The notes under the pieces are model-generated. The model saw nothing but the letters and a program-made list of their open reading frames with translations. It did no database searches and had not been told where the DNA came from. Made by a program: the position numbers and the translations under genes. Shown piece by piece: positions 18,196 through 27,783 of a DNA stretch of 64,000 nt (the first letter of the stretch is position 1; every line of letters begins with the position of its first letter). The DNA is from Patescibacteria group bacterium (GTDB taxonomy: Bacteria > Patescibacteriota > Minisyncoccia > Phycocordibacterales > PALSA-1337). The stretch is taken from NCBI GenBank assembly GCA_038065395.1, contig JBBTRB010000003.1, forward strand, positions 85,800-149,799, in the 5' to 3' direction.

Positions 18196-20721
18196 TTATT
18201 TGAGATCTCCCCAATTCGCACCGACCGCCATCTCTGAGGTCAGTGTGATCCCTGCGATATCCTTGGGGTCAATGATCGATTCCATGATCGAGCGGATTTT
18301 CTCCCCTATTTCGTGTGCACGATCTTCGCGGATCTCATAGACCAGTTCGTCGTGCACCTGGAGTATCGGAAATGCCACATCAGTGAGACCTGCCTCCTTG
18401 AGCCAGCTGTCTACCTTGATCAATGCCAGCTTTACCACATCGGCTTCTGTCCCCTGGATCGGGGCATTGAAAGCCATGCGTTCGGCCTGTGCACGAATAT
18501 ACGGAATCTTGGAATTGATCCCCTCAAAATATCGACGACGACCAAAGAAGGTTTCTGTATACCCGGTACGAGCGGCGTCAGCCTTGACCTGGTCAATGTA
18601 TGCGGCGAGTGTAGAAAATGTCGCGAAATAATCATCCATGAATTTCTGAGCTTCGGCGCGATCGGTGCCGAGATTTTGTTTGAGCGCCATAACGCCCATG
18701 CCGTACAGGATGCCGAAGTTGATGACCTTGGCCTTGCGACGCATATCAGAAGTCACCTCGGTCAGTGGAACTTTGAATACCGAACTTGCAACCGACGTAT
18801 GGACATCTGTGCCATTTTTGAAAATATCGATCAACGTTTGATCCTTGGAGAGAAATGCTGCGATACGCAACTCGATCTGAGAATAGTCGAGTGACACCAG
18901 AGCAAAACCTTTCTCAGCTACGAACGCTTTGCGAATAGCTTTGCCCAGCTCGGACTTCACCGGGATATTTTGCAGATTCGGGTCGAGAGATGCCATACGA
19001 CCTGTCGTTGTCCCTGCGGGAATAAAGTCCGAATGCAGACGGTTGTTGCTATCGAGTTGTGGTGGGATAGCATCGATATAGGTAGAGAGGAGCTTTTGTA
19101 GTTCGCGATATTCGAAGATCATCGGAATGATCGGGTGCAGGTCACGGAGCTTCTCGAGTTCTGACTCACGTGTCGAACGTGCTCCCCCACTCGTCTTCTT
19201 CATGTTCTTGCCGACGAGTCCGAGCTTGTCGAACAGGATCTCACCGAGCTGTTTGGGTGAATTGATATTGAACTCAACCCCTGCGGCTGCAGTGATGTTT
19301 TTCTCCAAGAGTGCAAGTTCCTTGTGATATTTCTTGGAAAGATCTGCCAAGAATACTTTGTCGATCTTGACCCCACGCTCTTCCATCCGGTGCGTGATCG
19401 GGAGCAGGGGTAGCTCGAGTGTTTCGTATACGGTGCGGAGATTGCGCCTGTCGAGCTCTTCGAAGATCATTTTTTTGGCGACTTCATAGTCGTCAGTATT
19501 AGCGAAATTCAATATGTCTTCGAGTTGAGGATTGGTGGCATTGGAGTTTATGAGCCATAGTGCCACTCCGGTTTTCTCGATCTCTTCCTTGGAAACAAGA
19601 GGTGATTCTGCACCGCGGATCCCCGCCTGCGCGGGGATGACAGAAAATATGTCACCTTGCCCTCCCGTTTTGTCATCCCCGCGCAGGCGGGGATCTGCGC
19701 TCCCGACAGTAACTACACTCATTGCACTACTCTTCTTCCCTGCCAAGACATTTTCCAACCTTTGCCCGAGAGTTCGGAATTCCAACACATTCCACAACGC
19801 CTTTACCTTCTTGAGGTCAACGTTCTCTTTGAATGTCTTTTCTGGGAAGACGAAATCGATCGGTGCATCACGACGGATAGTCGCCAGCATCTTACTGAAC
19901 ATCGCCTCGTCTTTGTTATCTTTCAGGAGTTGTACGATACGTGGCGTGATCCCGGCTTTGATGAATGCATCTTCATGTCCTGCCTCAAGTTCCACATACA
20001 TATTCTCGAGTGTTCCGAATGAGGTGATGAGGATGGTCGCCGTCTTCTCGCCGACACCTTTGATCCCAGGAATATTGTCAGACGGATCGCCGCGAAGTCC
20101 TTTGTAGTCAGGGATGAGCTCTGGTCCAAAGCCAAATCTTTCCTGTACGGCTTTCTCGTCGTACATGATCGTATCTTTGATCCCCTTCTTGAGAGTGAAT
20201 ACTTTGACCTGCGTACCCGAGATCAGTTGCAACGTATCCATATCGCCAGAAGCGATGATGATCTCTAAATCTTCATCCGACCCGCGGATCCCCGCCTTCG
20301 CGGGGATGACAGGGTTCTTTTCCTCGCTTCCTGAATCTTGAATCATGAATCCCGCATTCTTGAGCTGCTCCACGATCGTCCCCAACATATCGTCAGCCTC
20401 AAAGCCTGCTTTGTCATAGATGGGAATATTGAGAGCCTCGAATACTTGCCGAGACGTATTGAGCTGACGGATCAGAGCATCATCGGTCTTTTGTCTACCC
20501 GCTTTGTATTCTTTGAAGACTTCATGTCGATGAGTCGGCCCTGCCAAGTCGTACGCAGCCACTATATAGTCTGGTTTGAGATCCTCAATGGTCTTGATCA
20601 GCATCGTTGAGAGTCCATATAGAGCTCCTGTCGGTTCGCCTTGTGCAGTCGAAAAGTCTGGCAATGCATGATATGCACGATGCAATATGGCATGCGAGTC
20701 GAGCAAAATGAGTCTTTTCAT
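18196..20721 (-). CDS. polA: DNA polymerase I
   Basis: 841 aa with an N-terminal 5'-3' exonuclease (GFEADDMLGT) and the C-terminal family A polymerase motifs (DYSQIELR, RRKAKVINFGILYG, QVHDELV). It carries repeat-encoded in-frame insertions. Confidence 0.9.
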   Translation of the reverse strand: MKRLILLDSHAILHRAYHALPDFSTAQGEPTGALYGLSTMLIKTIEDLKPDYIVAAYDLAGPTHRHEVFKEYKAGRQKTDDALIRQLNTSRQVFEALNIPIYDKAGFEADDMLGTIVEQLKNAGFMIQDSGSEEKNPVIPAKAGIRGSDEDLEIIIASGDMDTLQLISGTQVKVFTLKKGIKDTIMYDEKAVQERFGFGPELIPDYKGLRGDPSDNIPGIKGVGEKTATILITSFGTLENMYVELEAGHEDAFIKAGITPRIVQLLKDNKDEAMFSKMLATIRRDAPIDFVFPEKTFKENVDLKKVKALWNVLEFRTLGQRLENVLAGKKSSAMSVVTVGSADPRLRGDDKTGGQGDIFSVIPAQAGIRGAESPLVSKEEIEKTGVALWLINSNATNPQLEDILNFANTDDYEVAKKMIFEELDRRNLRTVYETLELPLLPITHRMEERGVKIDKVFLADLSKKYHKELALLEKNITAAAGVEFNINSPKQLGEILFDKLGLVGKNMKKTSGGARSTRESELEKLRDLHPIIPMIFEYRELQKLLSTYIDAIPPQLDSNNRLHSDFIPAGTTTGRMASLDPNLQNIPVKSELGKAIRKAFVAEKGFALVSLDYSQIELRIAAFLSKDQTLIDIFKNGTDVHTSVASSVFKVPLTEVTSDMRRKAKVINFGILYGMGVMALKQNLGTDRAEAQKFMDDYFATFSTLAAYIDQVKADAARTGYTETFFGRRRYFEGINSKIPYIRAQAERMAFNAPIQGTEADVVKLALIKVDSWLKEAGLTDVAFPILQVHDELVYEIREDRAHEIGEKIRSIMESIIDPKDIAGITLTSEMAVGANWGDLK
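19617..19695. repeat. inverted pair of hairpin repeats inside polA (CAGG-loop variant)
   Basis: ggatccccgcctgcgcggggatgaca (19617-19642) and tgtcatccccgcgcaggcggggatc (19671-19695). Read in the polA frame they give ADPRLRGDDK...VIPAQAGIRG. Confidence 0.8.
20286..20311. repeat. single hairpin repeat inside the polA 5'-3' exonuclease domain (GAAGGC-loop variant)
   Basis: ggatccccgccttcgcggggatgaca; in the polA frame it encodes VIPAKAGIRG. Confidence 0.8.
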
Positions 20722-20798
20722 AGAGCTATTGTACTCTCTGTTGTGAGTAATTCACAGATCTTCACAAAGATCGATCGATATCGTGTTAAAATATCCGC

Positions 20799-20933
20799 AT
20801 GCCAACGAACACATATCTCAATCCACAAATTTTCCCTTCACAAAAAGATCTCAAACCTGCCGACCATCATCGTATCCTCTATAGTGCCGTAGCCATCCTC
20901 CTCTGTGCCACTATCGTCGGGAGTGTGTACTGA
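20799..20933 (+). CDS. possible small membrane protein (44 aa)
   Basis: Manual translation MPTNTYLNPQIFPSQKDLKPADHHRILYSAVAILLCATIVGSVY in an otherwise empty 385-bp gap; low support. Confidence 0.2.
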   Translation: MPTNTYLNPQIFPSQKDLKPADHHRILYSAVAILLCATIVGSVY

Positions 20934-21106
20934 TGGAGAATACCTGGAGACAAACCTCCGGAAGAACCGGTCAATCTTCGCGCAGAAGCCGTCGCCAGAC
21001 TCAGAAATACATCATCTATCCAACCCATTAGCACCTCAACATCAGAAGCTCGAGCCCGTTCAATAGAAAGATTACGTTTACAAAGTAACAATTAATATCA
21101 ACTAAT

Positions 21107-21961
21107 ATGAATAAAAACTTTACTCTTCGAAAGGTTGCCTCGGTTGTCGGTTTGATGGGAGGAGCTTTTGCACTCAGTGTCGCCGCTCAGACAGTTCCTT
21201 GGACAGCGGCTCCGTCATCTCCACCAAACTGTAACCTCCCTGGATGTAACGCCCCTCTCAATACAGGTACGGGCGCTCAAATCAAACAAGGCGACTTATC
21301 AATTGGGCTTGATGATACCTATAATCCAACAATTAATGGTGGCTTGATTTTTACAAAGGGCCTTTTAGTCCTTAGTGATGCCTTCTATTTCAACCCTGAT
21401 CCTAATGTAACAATCGCACCCGGATCTGTCCTAACTACTCCGTCTGGCGATGGGACGATATCATGGCAAGCACCCGCTGGTGCGACCGCCAGCGGTGTTC
21501 GAGTATATGATTCTCCTGGTATCTGGACAGTTCCTGCTGGTGTGACCAAGGTCAATGTAGAGGTATGGAGTGCAGGACAAACCAATGGTCGCTCTGGCGG
21601 ATATGCTTACAAGCATGCCATACCAGTAACTCCAGGCGGTACGCAAACCATTGTCGTTGGTACAAATGCAGCTCCTGCCTCATGGTTCGGTGGTGCCTCA
21701 TATGGAGCTTCTGCTGCCGGAGTTGCTGCAGATGGTCTATCAGGAAGAGGTGACTACACGATACAAGGCAGTCGTGGATTCGGAGGATACGCCAACGGCA
21801 ACGGTGGTGATGCGCCTCGTGGCGGATCTGGTGCCAAAGTAGAAGGAAATGCACCTGGCACATGCTACCCAGCACGTATTCCTGGAGGCGGTGGAGGTGG
21901 TGCTCCGTGTTTCAATGGCGACGAAAAAGGTGCTAACGGTCGCGTCATTATCTGGTACTAG
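21107..21961 (+). CDS. secreted glycine-rich domain protein
   Basis: Signal peptide; the C-terminal half (VNVEVWSAGQ...GG.G...GGGGG...GANGRVIIWY) resembles the glycine-rich domains of phage tail-fibre-like proteins. Confidence 0.5.
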   Translation: MNKNFTLRKVASVVGLMGGAFALSVAAQTVPWTAAPSSPPNCNLPGCNAPLNTGTGAQIKQGDLSIGLDDTYNPTINGGLIFTKGLLVLSDAFYFNPDPNVTIAPGSVLTTPSGDGTISWQAPAGATASGVRVYDSPGIWTVPAGVTKVNVEVWSAGQTNGRSGGYAYKHAIPVTPGGTQTIVVGTNAAPASWFGGASYGASAAGVAADGLSGRGDYTIQGSRGFGGYANGNGGDAPRGGSGAKVEGNAPGTCYPARIPGGGGGGAPCFNGDEKGANGRVIIWY

Positions 21962-22053
21962 ACCTTTTCTCAAAGAGAATTTGTAAAAATCCCCAGAAGT
22001 TATCATGGGGATTTTTTGTTACATAGATACTATTTCAATGCCACTACAATAGA

Positions 22054-22497
22054 TCACTGTACCGAGATCCTATGCACCCCCTCCTTTATTTCAAAAGAAA
22101 GCTGCGCGTGCAGGACGAACTCCTTCAAGCCCACATTCTCCGGCCATTCTATCAAGATCAGATTGTGCCGATCAGCGATGAGTTGTTCCCACTTCAACAC
22201 TTCGAGCTCTTCCCTCCTCTCTAGTCTGTAGGCATCGATATGGACGAGTCGCTTCCATTGACCCTGACTGATATCGTACAACTTCATGATCACAAACGTC
22301 GGACTAGTAACGTCTCCGCTGATGCCCAGATGTTTCGCCACAGCTTTCACAAAAGCGGTTTTTCCCGCTCCGAGATGTCCAGAGAGTCCAACAACGAGCG
22401 CTTCGTCTCTCTCACCGTATTTCGCCGAGATATCCGTGAGCCACTGCCCTGCAATGTCATGCGTCTCATCGAGTGAATGTGAGGTGTAGGATTTCAT
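22054..22497 (-). CDS. tsaE: tRNA threonylcarbamoyladenosine biosynthesis protein TsaE
   Basis: GLSGHLGAGKTAFVKAVAKHLG P-loop, HIDAYRL and ILIEWPE motifs. Confidence 0.75.
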   Translation of the reverse strand: MKSYTSHSLDETHDIAGQWLTDISAKYGERDEALVVGLSGHLGAGKTAFVKAVAKHLGISGDVTSPTFVIMKLYDISQGQWKRLVHIDAYRLERREELEVLKWEQLIADRHNLILIEWPENVGLKEFVLHAQLSFEIKEGVHRISVQ

Positions 22498-22599
22498 GGA
22501 AGAAATATAGCACAAAGCCTGCCGAACCCTAGGGTAGACCTAGGGACAAAAAACAGCCCCGCCTTCCGAAGAAAGTGGGGCCGTGTGATATAGAACTGC

Positions 22600-23160
22600 T
22601 CACCTCGATAGGTGAGGTTGCCAACCAGAACGAGGAGGTGGCTGACCGGGTAGATGTGGCGACTTGTAAGTATTGCCGCGGTGCCCTCCATGCGATGAGG
22701 TGCCGTAGGCCTCCTGTGTATTTTTCCAATGCTGATCCTGATAGTTGGCAGGAGTGACGATGACTTCGATCTCTGATGAGGTTGAGAAGACTGGCTGGGA
22801 TCGGCGTTGTTCACGTTCCCTCACCCACCAGGGTTCGGAACTGACATAACCACCCATTGCTGCTTCGGTCGCAACTGCTGCTGCCCATGGATTGCCTCGC
22901 GGATGAACCGATGAACCGTAAGCTGGATCGACGGTACTGAAGCGCTGGTAACTACCATAACCACGATAGTCTCCGGCGAACACCGTCGTGTCACCCCCCA
23001 CCCCGAGTAGTCCGATACCGACTTTGAAGGAAGTGTCACTGAACTTCTCGGCACCACAGGCAGTGACTTCACGATGAACGTTCTTGCGTTCAACATGTGC
23101 ACAACCTGTACTGAACATCGCCATGAGCGCGATACCGAGGATATAGATATATGTTTTCAA
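22600..23160 (-). CDS. hypothetical lipoprotein
   Basis: Signal peptide with lipobox FSTGC; Gly/Tyr-rich mature part. Confidence 0.45.
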   Translation of the reverse strand: MKTYIYILGIALMAMFSTGCAHVERKNVHREVTACGAEKFSDTSFKVGIGLLGVGGDTTVFAGDYRGYGSYQRFSTVDPAYGSSVHPRGNPWAAAVATEAAMGGYVSSEPWWVREREQRRSQPVFSTSSEIEVIVTPANYQDQHWKNTQEAYGTSSHGGHRGNTYKSPHLPGQPPPRSGWQPHLSR

Positions 23161-23296
23161 GTAGCAAACCTTTCGTTATGTCCCAACACGTTGTCAGGAC
23201 TATGGGTATATTATAGCATGTTTTATGTGTACAAGTCAATACCCTCTCCGAATAGTGAGCGTATCGCTCGTATTCTTGATATACTTAGACGCACAT

Positions 23297-24970
23297 ATGA
23301 CACTCGTATTCGATGAAGACAAGCAGAATCGCAAACTCAACGATCTTTTGCACAAAGAAGAAGAAGACCTCGTACAGATGCTCGGGGGCAAATACAACGT
23401 CGAATACGTGAACCTCCTCGTCACCCCGATCAGTACCGACGCCCTACGCCTCGTCGAAGAAAAGGCCGCTCGAGATGCCCAGGTCGCCCCGTATGCCCTC
23501 ATCAACAAACGAGTCAAAGTCGCCGCTCGCAACCCTACCGACCCCAAGACTCTAGTAGTCCTCGAGGCTATTCGGGCCAAGAAATACGAACCTGAGCTCC
23601 ATATCACCTCTACCCAAAGCCTGGAGAAGGCCTGGAAGATGTACAAAGACCTTTCGTTCGCCTACGAGAGCAAGGCTGGCTCACTCGAAATATCGAGCGA
23701 GGACATCTCCTCTATCATCGAACAGGCCAAAAGTCTTCCCGAGGTTATCGCTATCCTCGAAAGTGCAACCTCCAACAAGAAGAGTTACCGTGTATCACGT
23801 ATCCTCGAGACCGTAGTGGCTGGAGCCCTTTCGATCGGTGCATCTGACATTCATTTTGAACCAGAAGAGTCTTACATTCGTTTGCGTTATCGTCTCGACG
23901 GTGTGCTCCAGGACGTCATGCGTTTCGATATAGAGACCTATGCCCTACTCCTCTCGAGACTCAAACTTATTTCAGGGATGAAGCTCAATATCAAGAAAGA
24001 CTCTCAGGACGGACGCTTCAGTATCAAACTCGCGATCGGTGATGTCGAAGTCCGCGCATCGATCCTCCCTGGTGCCTACAACGAGTCGGTCGTGTTGCGC
24101 CTCCTCAACCCAACGTCCATCGACGTACCACTGGAGAGTCTCGGTATCCACGAAAAGCTTCTCAAGATCATCATGACCGAGATCACTCGTCCCGACGGCA
24201 TGATATTGACCACTGGTCCAACAGGCTCGGGCAAGACCACGACTCTGTATTCATTCATAAAAAAGGTTCACTCTTCTGACGTGAAGATCATCACCATCGA
24301 AGACCCGATCGAGTATCACCTCCCTGGCATCGTCCAGACTCAGGTCAACGACAAAGGCTATACGTTCCTCGAGGGACTTCGTGCGGCGGTGCGTCAAGAT
24401 CCGGACATCATCATGATCGGTGAGATCCGTGACAACGAGACTGCCGGCATCGCCGTCAACTCTGCTCTGACCGGACACCTGGTCTTCTCGACACTTCATA
24501 CCAATGACGCCGCAGGCACCTTCCCTCGTCTCTCAGATCTCGGCATTAACTCGACCATCCTCCCTTCTGCCCTGCGCGTATCGATGGCACAACGTCTGAT
24601 GCGTCGTCTCTGTAATACCTGCAAAAAAGAAACGTCTCCTACAGGAGACGCACAAAAACACATCGAGGAGGTACTAGCCTCGATTGTCGACAGAACCCTT
24701 CTCCCGAAAGATCTTTCGAGGATGTGGGTTGCTGTCGGCTGCCCGGCCTGCAACAACACCGGATACAAAGGACGTATCGGTGTCTACGAAGCGATCCTCA
24801 TGGATCAGAGTGTCGAAAAAGCCGTCCAGTCCGGAGCCAGTGACCGAGATATCTGGGAAGTAGCGAAATCTCAAGGTATTCTCACTATGAAGCAGGATGG
24901 TGTATTGAAAATATTGAAAGGAATCACCTCCCTCGACGAGCTGGAGCGAGTGATTTCATTACGAGATTAG
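23297..24970 (+). CDS. pilB: type IV pilus assembly ATPase PilB/GspE family
   Basis: LTTGPTGSGKTTTLYS Walker A, Asp box and the tetracysteine motif CNTC...CPAC; ATG at 23297 (MTLVFDED). Confidence 0.85.
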   Translation: MTLVFDEDKQNRKLNDLLHKEEEDLVQMLGGKYNVEYVNLLVTPISTDALRLVEEKAARDAQVAPYALINKRVKVAARNPTDPKTLVVLEAIRAKKYEPELHITSTQSLEKAWKMYKDLSFAYESKAGSLEISSEDISSIIEQAKSLPEVIAILESATSNKKSYRVSRILETVVAGALSIGASDIHFEPEESYIRLRYRLDGVLQDVMRFDIETYALLLSRLKLISGMKLNIKKDSQDGRFSIKLAIGDVEVRASILPGAYNESVVLRLLNPTSIDVPLESLGIHEKLLKIIMTEITRPDGMILTTGPTGSGKTTTLYSFIKKVHSSDVKIITIEDPIEYHLPGIVQTQVNDKGYTFLEGLRAAVRQDPDIIMIGEIRDNETAGIAVNSALTGHLVFSTLHTNDAAGTFPRLSDLGINSTILPSALRVSMAQRLMRRLCNTCKKETSPTGDAQKHIEEVLASIVDRTLLPKDLSRMWVAVGCPACNNTGYKGRIGVYEAILMDQSVEKAVQSGASDRDIWEVAKSQGILTMKQDGVLKILKGITSLDELERVISLRD

Positions 24971-25285
24971 GAGGTCTTCGTTAAGACAGACCTTGGATAG
25001 TGGTGTCAATTGATTTTTCGCTGTGTATAGCGCTAGGATGATATGCAGATATCGAGGGAAAAGAGTGACGATAGCATTTCAAGCTCATGGATCTCTAAGC
25101 AATATCTTATCGCGCGATGCGTTAAGCGAGGTAGAGTCCCGAGGATGGTTTCAGTACGGATCGCCGAAGCGAAACAACCAAAACGTCCTTAGAACTATAC
25201 CCAAACCTGGGAAGGCCATTGCTTAGAGGTTCATGATCTCAAATCGAAAGAGCACAGTGTAAGATCCTATCATATATAAAACTGT

Positions 25286-26296
25286 ATGTCAAGCACGTCC
25301 TCACAACCCTTACAGGAGACGAAGGAGGCGGGTTTTCTAGACCAGACCCTGCGTCCTTCGCGCTGGGACGAGTATATTGGGCAAAGTACGATCAAAGACA
25401 ACCTCCATATCCTCCTGACTGCCGCCAAAGAACGCGAACATCCCCCTGAACATATCCTTTTTTATGGTCCTCCAGGACTTGGCAAGACCACACTGGCACA
25501 CCTTATCGCCAAAGAAACCCAAACTCAGATCAAAGTCACTTCCGGTCCCGCTATCGTCAAAGTCGGCGATCTTGCATCTATCCTCACCAACCTCTCTGCA
25601 GGTGACATCCTCTTTATCGACGAGATCCACCGTCTCAACAAAGCCATAGAAGAAGTCCTCTACCCTGCTATGGAGTCGGGTGTACTCGATATCATCATCG
25701 GCAAGGGCCCTTCTGCACGTACGATCCAGCTCGACCTGCCAGCTTTCACCCTGATCGCGGCCACTACTCGTATCGCTATGATCTCTGCGCCATTGCGTTC
25801 GAGATTCTCTGGTGGCGTGTTCAAGCTCGAGTTCTATACCAATGAAGAGATCGGCAAGATCATCAAACGCTCTGCCAAGATCCTCGGTATCGAGATCCAC
25901 GAAGACGCCGTACATGAGATCGCCACTCGTTCCCGTTTCACCCCACGTACAGCCAACTATCATCTCAAGCGTTGTCGTGACTATGCACAGATCCACAAGG
26001 TTCCCCTGTCACGCGAAGTCGTCGAGAAGGCCTTGGCGATGCTCGGTGTAGATACCATGGGACTGACTGCTGCTGACCGTGAGATCCTCAAGGTGATCAT
26101 TACGAAGTTTGGTGGTGGTCCTGTCGGTCTCAACACGATCGCTGCGGCACTTTCGGAAGAACAAGCCACTGTCGAAGAGGTCTACGAGCCATACCTGATC
26201 CAACTCGGCCTCCTCGAACGCACTCCCCGTGGACGTATCGCTACTGACAAGGCTTATGCGCATCTGGGTGAAAAAGGTTCAGCGAAGTTGTTGTGA
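25286..26296 (+). CDS. ruvB: Holliday junction DNA helicase RuvB
   Basis: [28 protein letters not shown] and a winged-helix C-terminus. Confidence 0.9.
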   Translation: MSSTSSQPLQETKEAGFLDQTLRPSRWDEYIGQSTIKDNLHILLTAAKEREHPPEHILFYGPPGLGKTTLAHLIAKETQTQIKVTSGPAIVKVGDLASILTNLSAGDILFIDEIHRLNKAIEEVLYPAMESGVLDIIIGKGPSARTIQLDLPAFTLIAATTRIAMISAPLRSRFSGGVFKLEFYTNEEIGKIIKRSAKILGIEIHEDAVHEIATRSRFTPRTANYHLKRCRDYAQIHKVPLSREVVEKALAMLGVDTMGLTAADREILKVIITKFGGGPVGLNTIAAALSEEQATVEEVYEPYLIQLGLLERTPRGRIATDKAYAHLGEKGSAKLL

Positions 26297-26649
26297 GGCA
26301 CATTCTTAAAGTGGGGTATTGGTTTTGATTTCATATAATCGATTGGGAAATTATTAGTGTTCGAGACCTGGCAGGCACCCTTAGTATACGCTTACATCTT
26401 CTCAGAAGAAACTCATGTGAAGTGGGGCGCTTTTCTCAGAAAGAAAGGTTGTTAATCATGACGACATGTCTTTTTTCACATTTCGTGAAAACACCCCAAA
26501 GTGACGGAAAACCCGTCACTTTGACCTATATGGAGAAAGTCGAAAAACGACACCTCCCACACCTACCATTTTCCCTTCTTTTCTATTTGAATGCGATTGT
26601 ATTTTCATGCAAAATCAGATACATTTTGTGTACTAATTATACAGAGCAT

Positions 26650-27180
26650 ATGGCCGGCCATAACAAATACTCAAAGATCAAACATATCAAAGCCAAGAAC
26701 GACGCTCAAAAAAGCAAAGCGTTCGGCAAGCTCGTGCGTCTCATATCGGTAGAAGCCAAGAAGTCGGGAGGCAACCTCTCTTCCCCGAGTCTAGCTACTG
26801 CCATCGAGAAAGCTCGCAAAGAGAACATGCCCAATGACACCATCGACCGAGCGATCAAAAAGGCCACGACCGACAACAGCGCCGCCATGGAAGCCATCCT
26901 CTACGAAGCCTACGGCCCAGGCGGAGTAGCGATCCTGATAAGCACCCTGACCGACAACCGCAACAAAACCGCCCAAGAGATCAAGCATATTCTCTCGCTT
27001 AACGAAACTGCTCTTGCCGCACAAGGAAGCGCTGCATGGGCTTTCACCAAGAGCAACGAAGGCTGGGAACCGACCATGACCACCCCACTCGAAGACACAG
27101 ATATAGAAAAGCTCACCAAACTCGTAGAAGATCTGGAGAACCACGACGACGTGCAAGATGTGTATACAAACGCGGAATAA
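26650..27180 (+). CDS. yebC: YebC/PmpR family protein (short variant)
   Basis: MAGHNKYSKIKHIKA...DRAIKKAT...ILYEAYGPGGVAILISTLTDNRNKT...DDVQDVYTN; only 176 aa. Confidence 0.7.
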   Translation: MAGHNKYSKIKHIKAKNDAQKSKAFGKLVRLISVEAKKSGGNLSSPSLATAIEKARKENMPNDTIDRAIKKATTDNSAAMEAILYEAYGPGGVAILISTLTDNRNKTAQEIKHILSLNETALAAQGSAAWAFTKSNEGWEPTMTTPLEDTDIEKLTKLVEDLENHDDVQDVYTNAE

Positions 27181-27270
27181 GTTCAACATTCAACTATTCA
27201 ACCATCACACCATTGAAAGATTCGTGTTTCTTGTTGTTGAATAGTTATATTGTTCAATAGTTAAATATGC
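27181..27270. repeat. AT-rich palindromic repeat, copy upstream of ruvC
   Basis: attcaactattcaa...cattgaaagattc...ttgaatagtt...ttgttcaatagttaaatat. Confidence 0.6.
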
Positions 27271-27282
27271 TACATTTCTCAG

Positions 27283-27783
27283 ATGATCATCCTCGGCATT
27301 GACCCCGGTTACGATAGACTTGGCATTGCAGTCATCGAGAAGCCGGCTCGAGGCAAAGAGCTTGTCTTGTATTCGGATTGTTTCCAAACGTCCGCGACCG
27401 ACACTATATACGAACGATTCCGCCAACTCGGCTCAGAGATGTCTCGAGTCTTGGAGCAATTCAAACCCGACGTCATGGCACTCGAAACCCTCTTCATGTC
27501 CAAGAACCAAAAGACCGGCATGCGCGTATCAGAAGCCCGTGGCATCATCATCCATGAAGCAGTCAAGAGAGACGTGCCTGTCCATGAATACAGTCCGGGC
27601 CAGATCAAGATGGCGGTAACCGGAGACGGAACGAGCGACAAAACCCGGATGATCCGCATGGTGCATATGCTCGTATCACTTCCAGAGAAAAAAACCCGCG
27701 ATGATGAGTATGACGCGATAGCGGTAGCGCTTACCTGTAGTGCGCACCAAAAAAATTCAACTATTCAAGCATTGAAAGATTGA
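27283..27783 (+). CDS. ruvC: crossover junction endodeoxyribonuclease RuvC
   Basis: MIILGIDPGYDRLGIAVIE...; the yebC-ruvC arrangement is the common one. Confidence 0.85.
   Translation: MIILGIDPGYDRLGIAVIEKPARGKELVLYSDCFQTSATDTIYERFRQLGSEMSRVLEQFKPDVMALETLFMSKNQKTGMRVSEARGIIIHEAVKRDVPVHEYSPGQIKMAVTGDGTSDKTRMIRMVHMLVSLPEKKTRDDEYDAIAVALTCSAHQKNSTIQALKD

Noticed and set aside
18313-20107. Several 60-190-aa plus-strand ORFs (18313-18894, 19532-20107, 19657-20022 and others) inside polA
   Set aside because: They are antisense or frame-shifted shadows of the 841-aa polA ORF, which has full family A polymerase motifs. Some are kept open only by the stop-free frames of the hairpin repeat.
17800-20350. 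Short shared 12-mer gaatcttgaatc (encoding IQDS) in holA (about 17800-17835) and next to the polA repeat insertion (about 20328-20350)
   Set aside because: It is too short and occurs only twice. It could be chance or a remnant of the extended repeat flank, and I cannot support a feature call.
22500-22640. Palindrome gaaccctagggtagacctagggac upstream of tsaE, considered as a tRNA or ncRNA
   Set aside because: It has no cloverleaf and no T-loop or anticodon-stem signature. It is probably a simple inverted-repeat operator or terminator-like sequence.
25337-25996. 219-aa minus-strand ORF inside ruvB
   Set aside because: Antisense shadow of ruvB (which has clear AAA+ motifs). Its Asp/Glu-rich composition is typical of a reverse-strand artefact.
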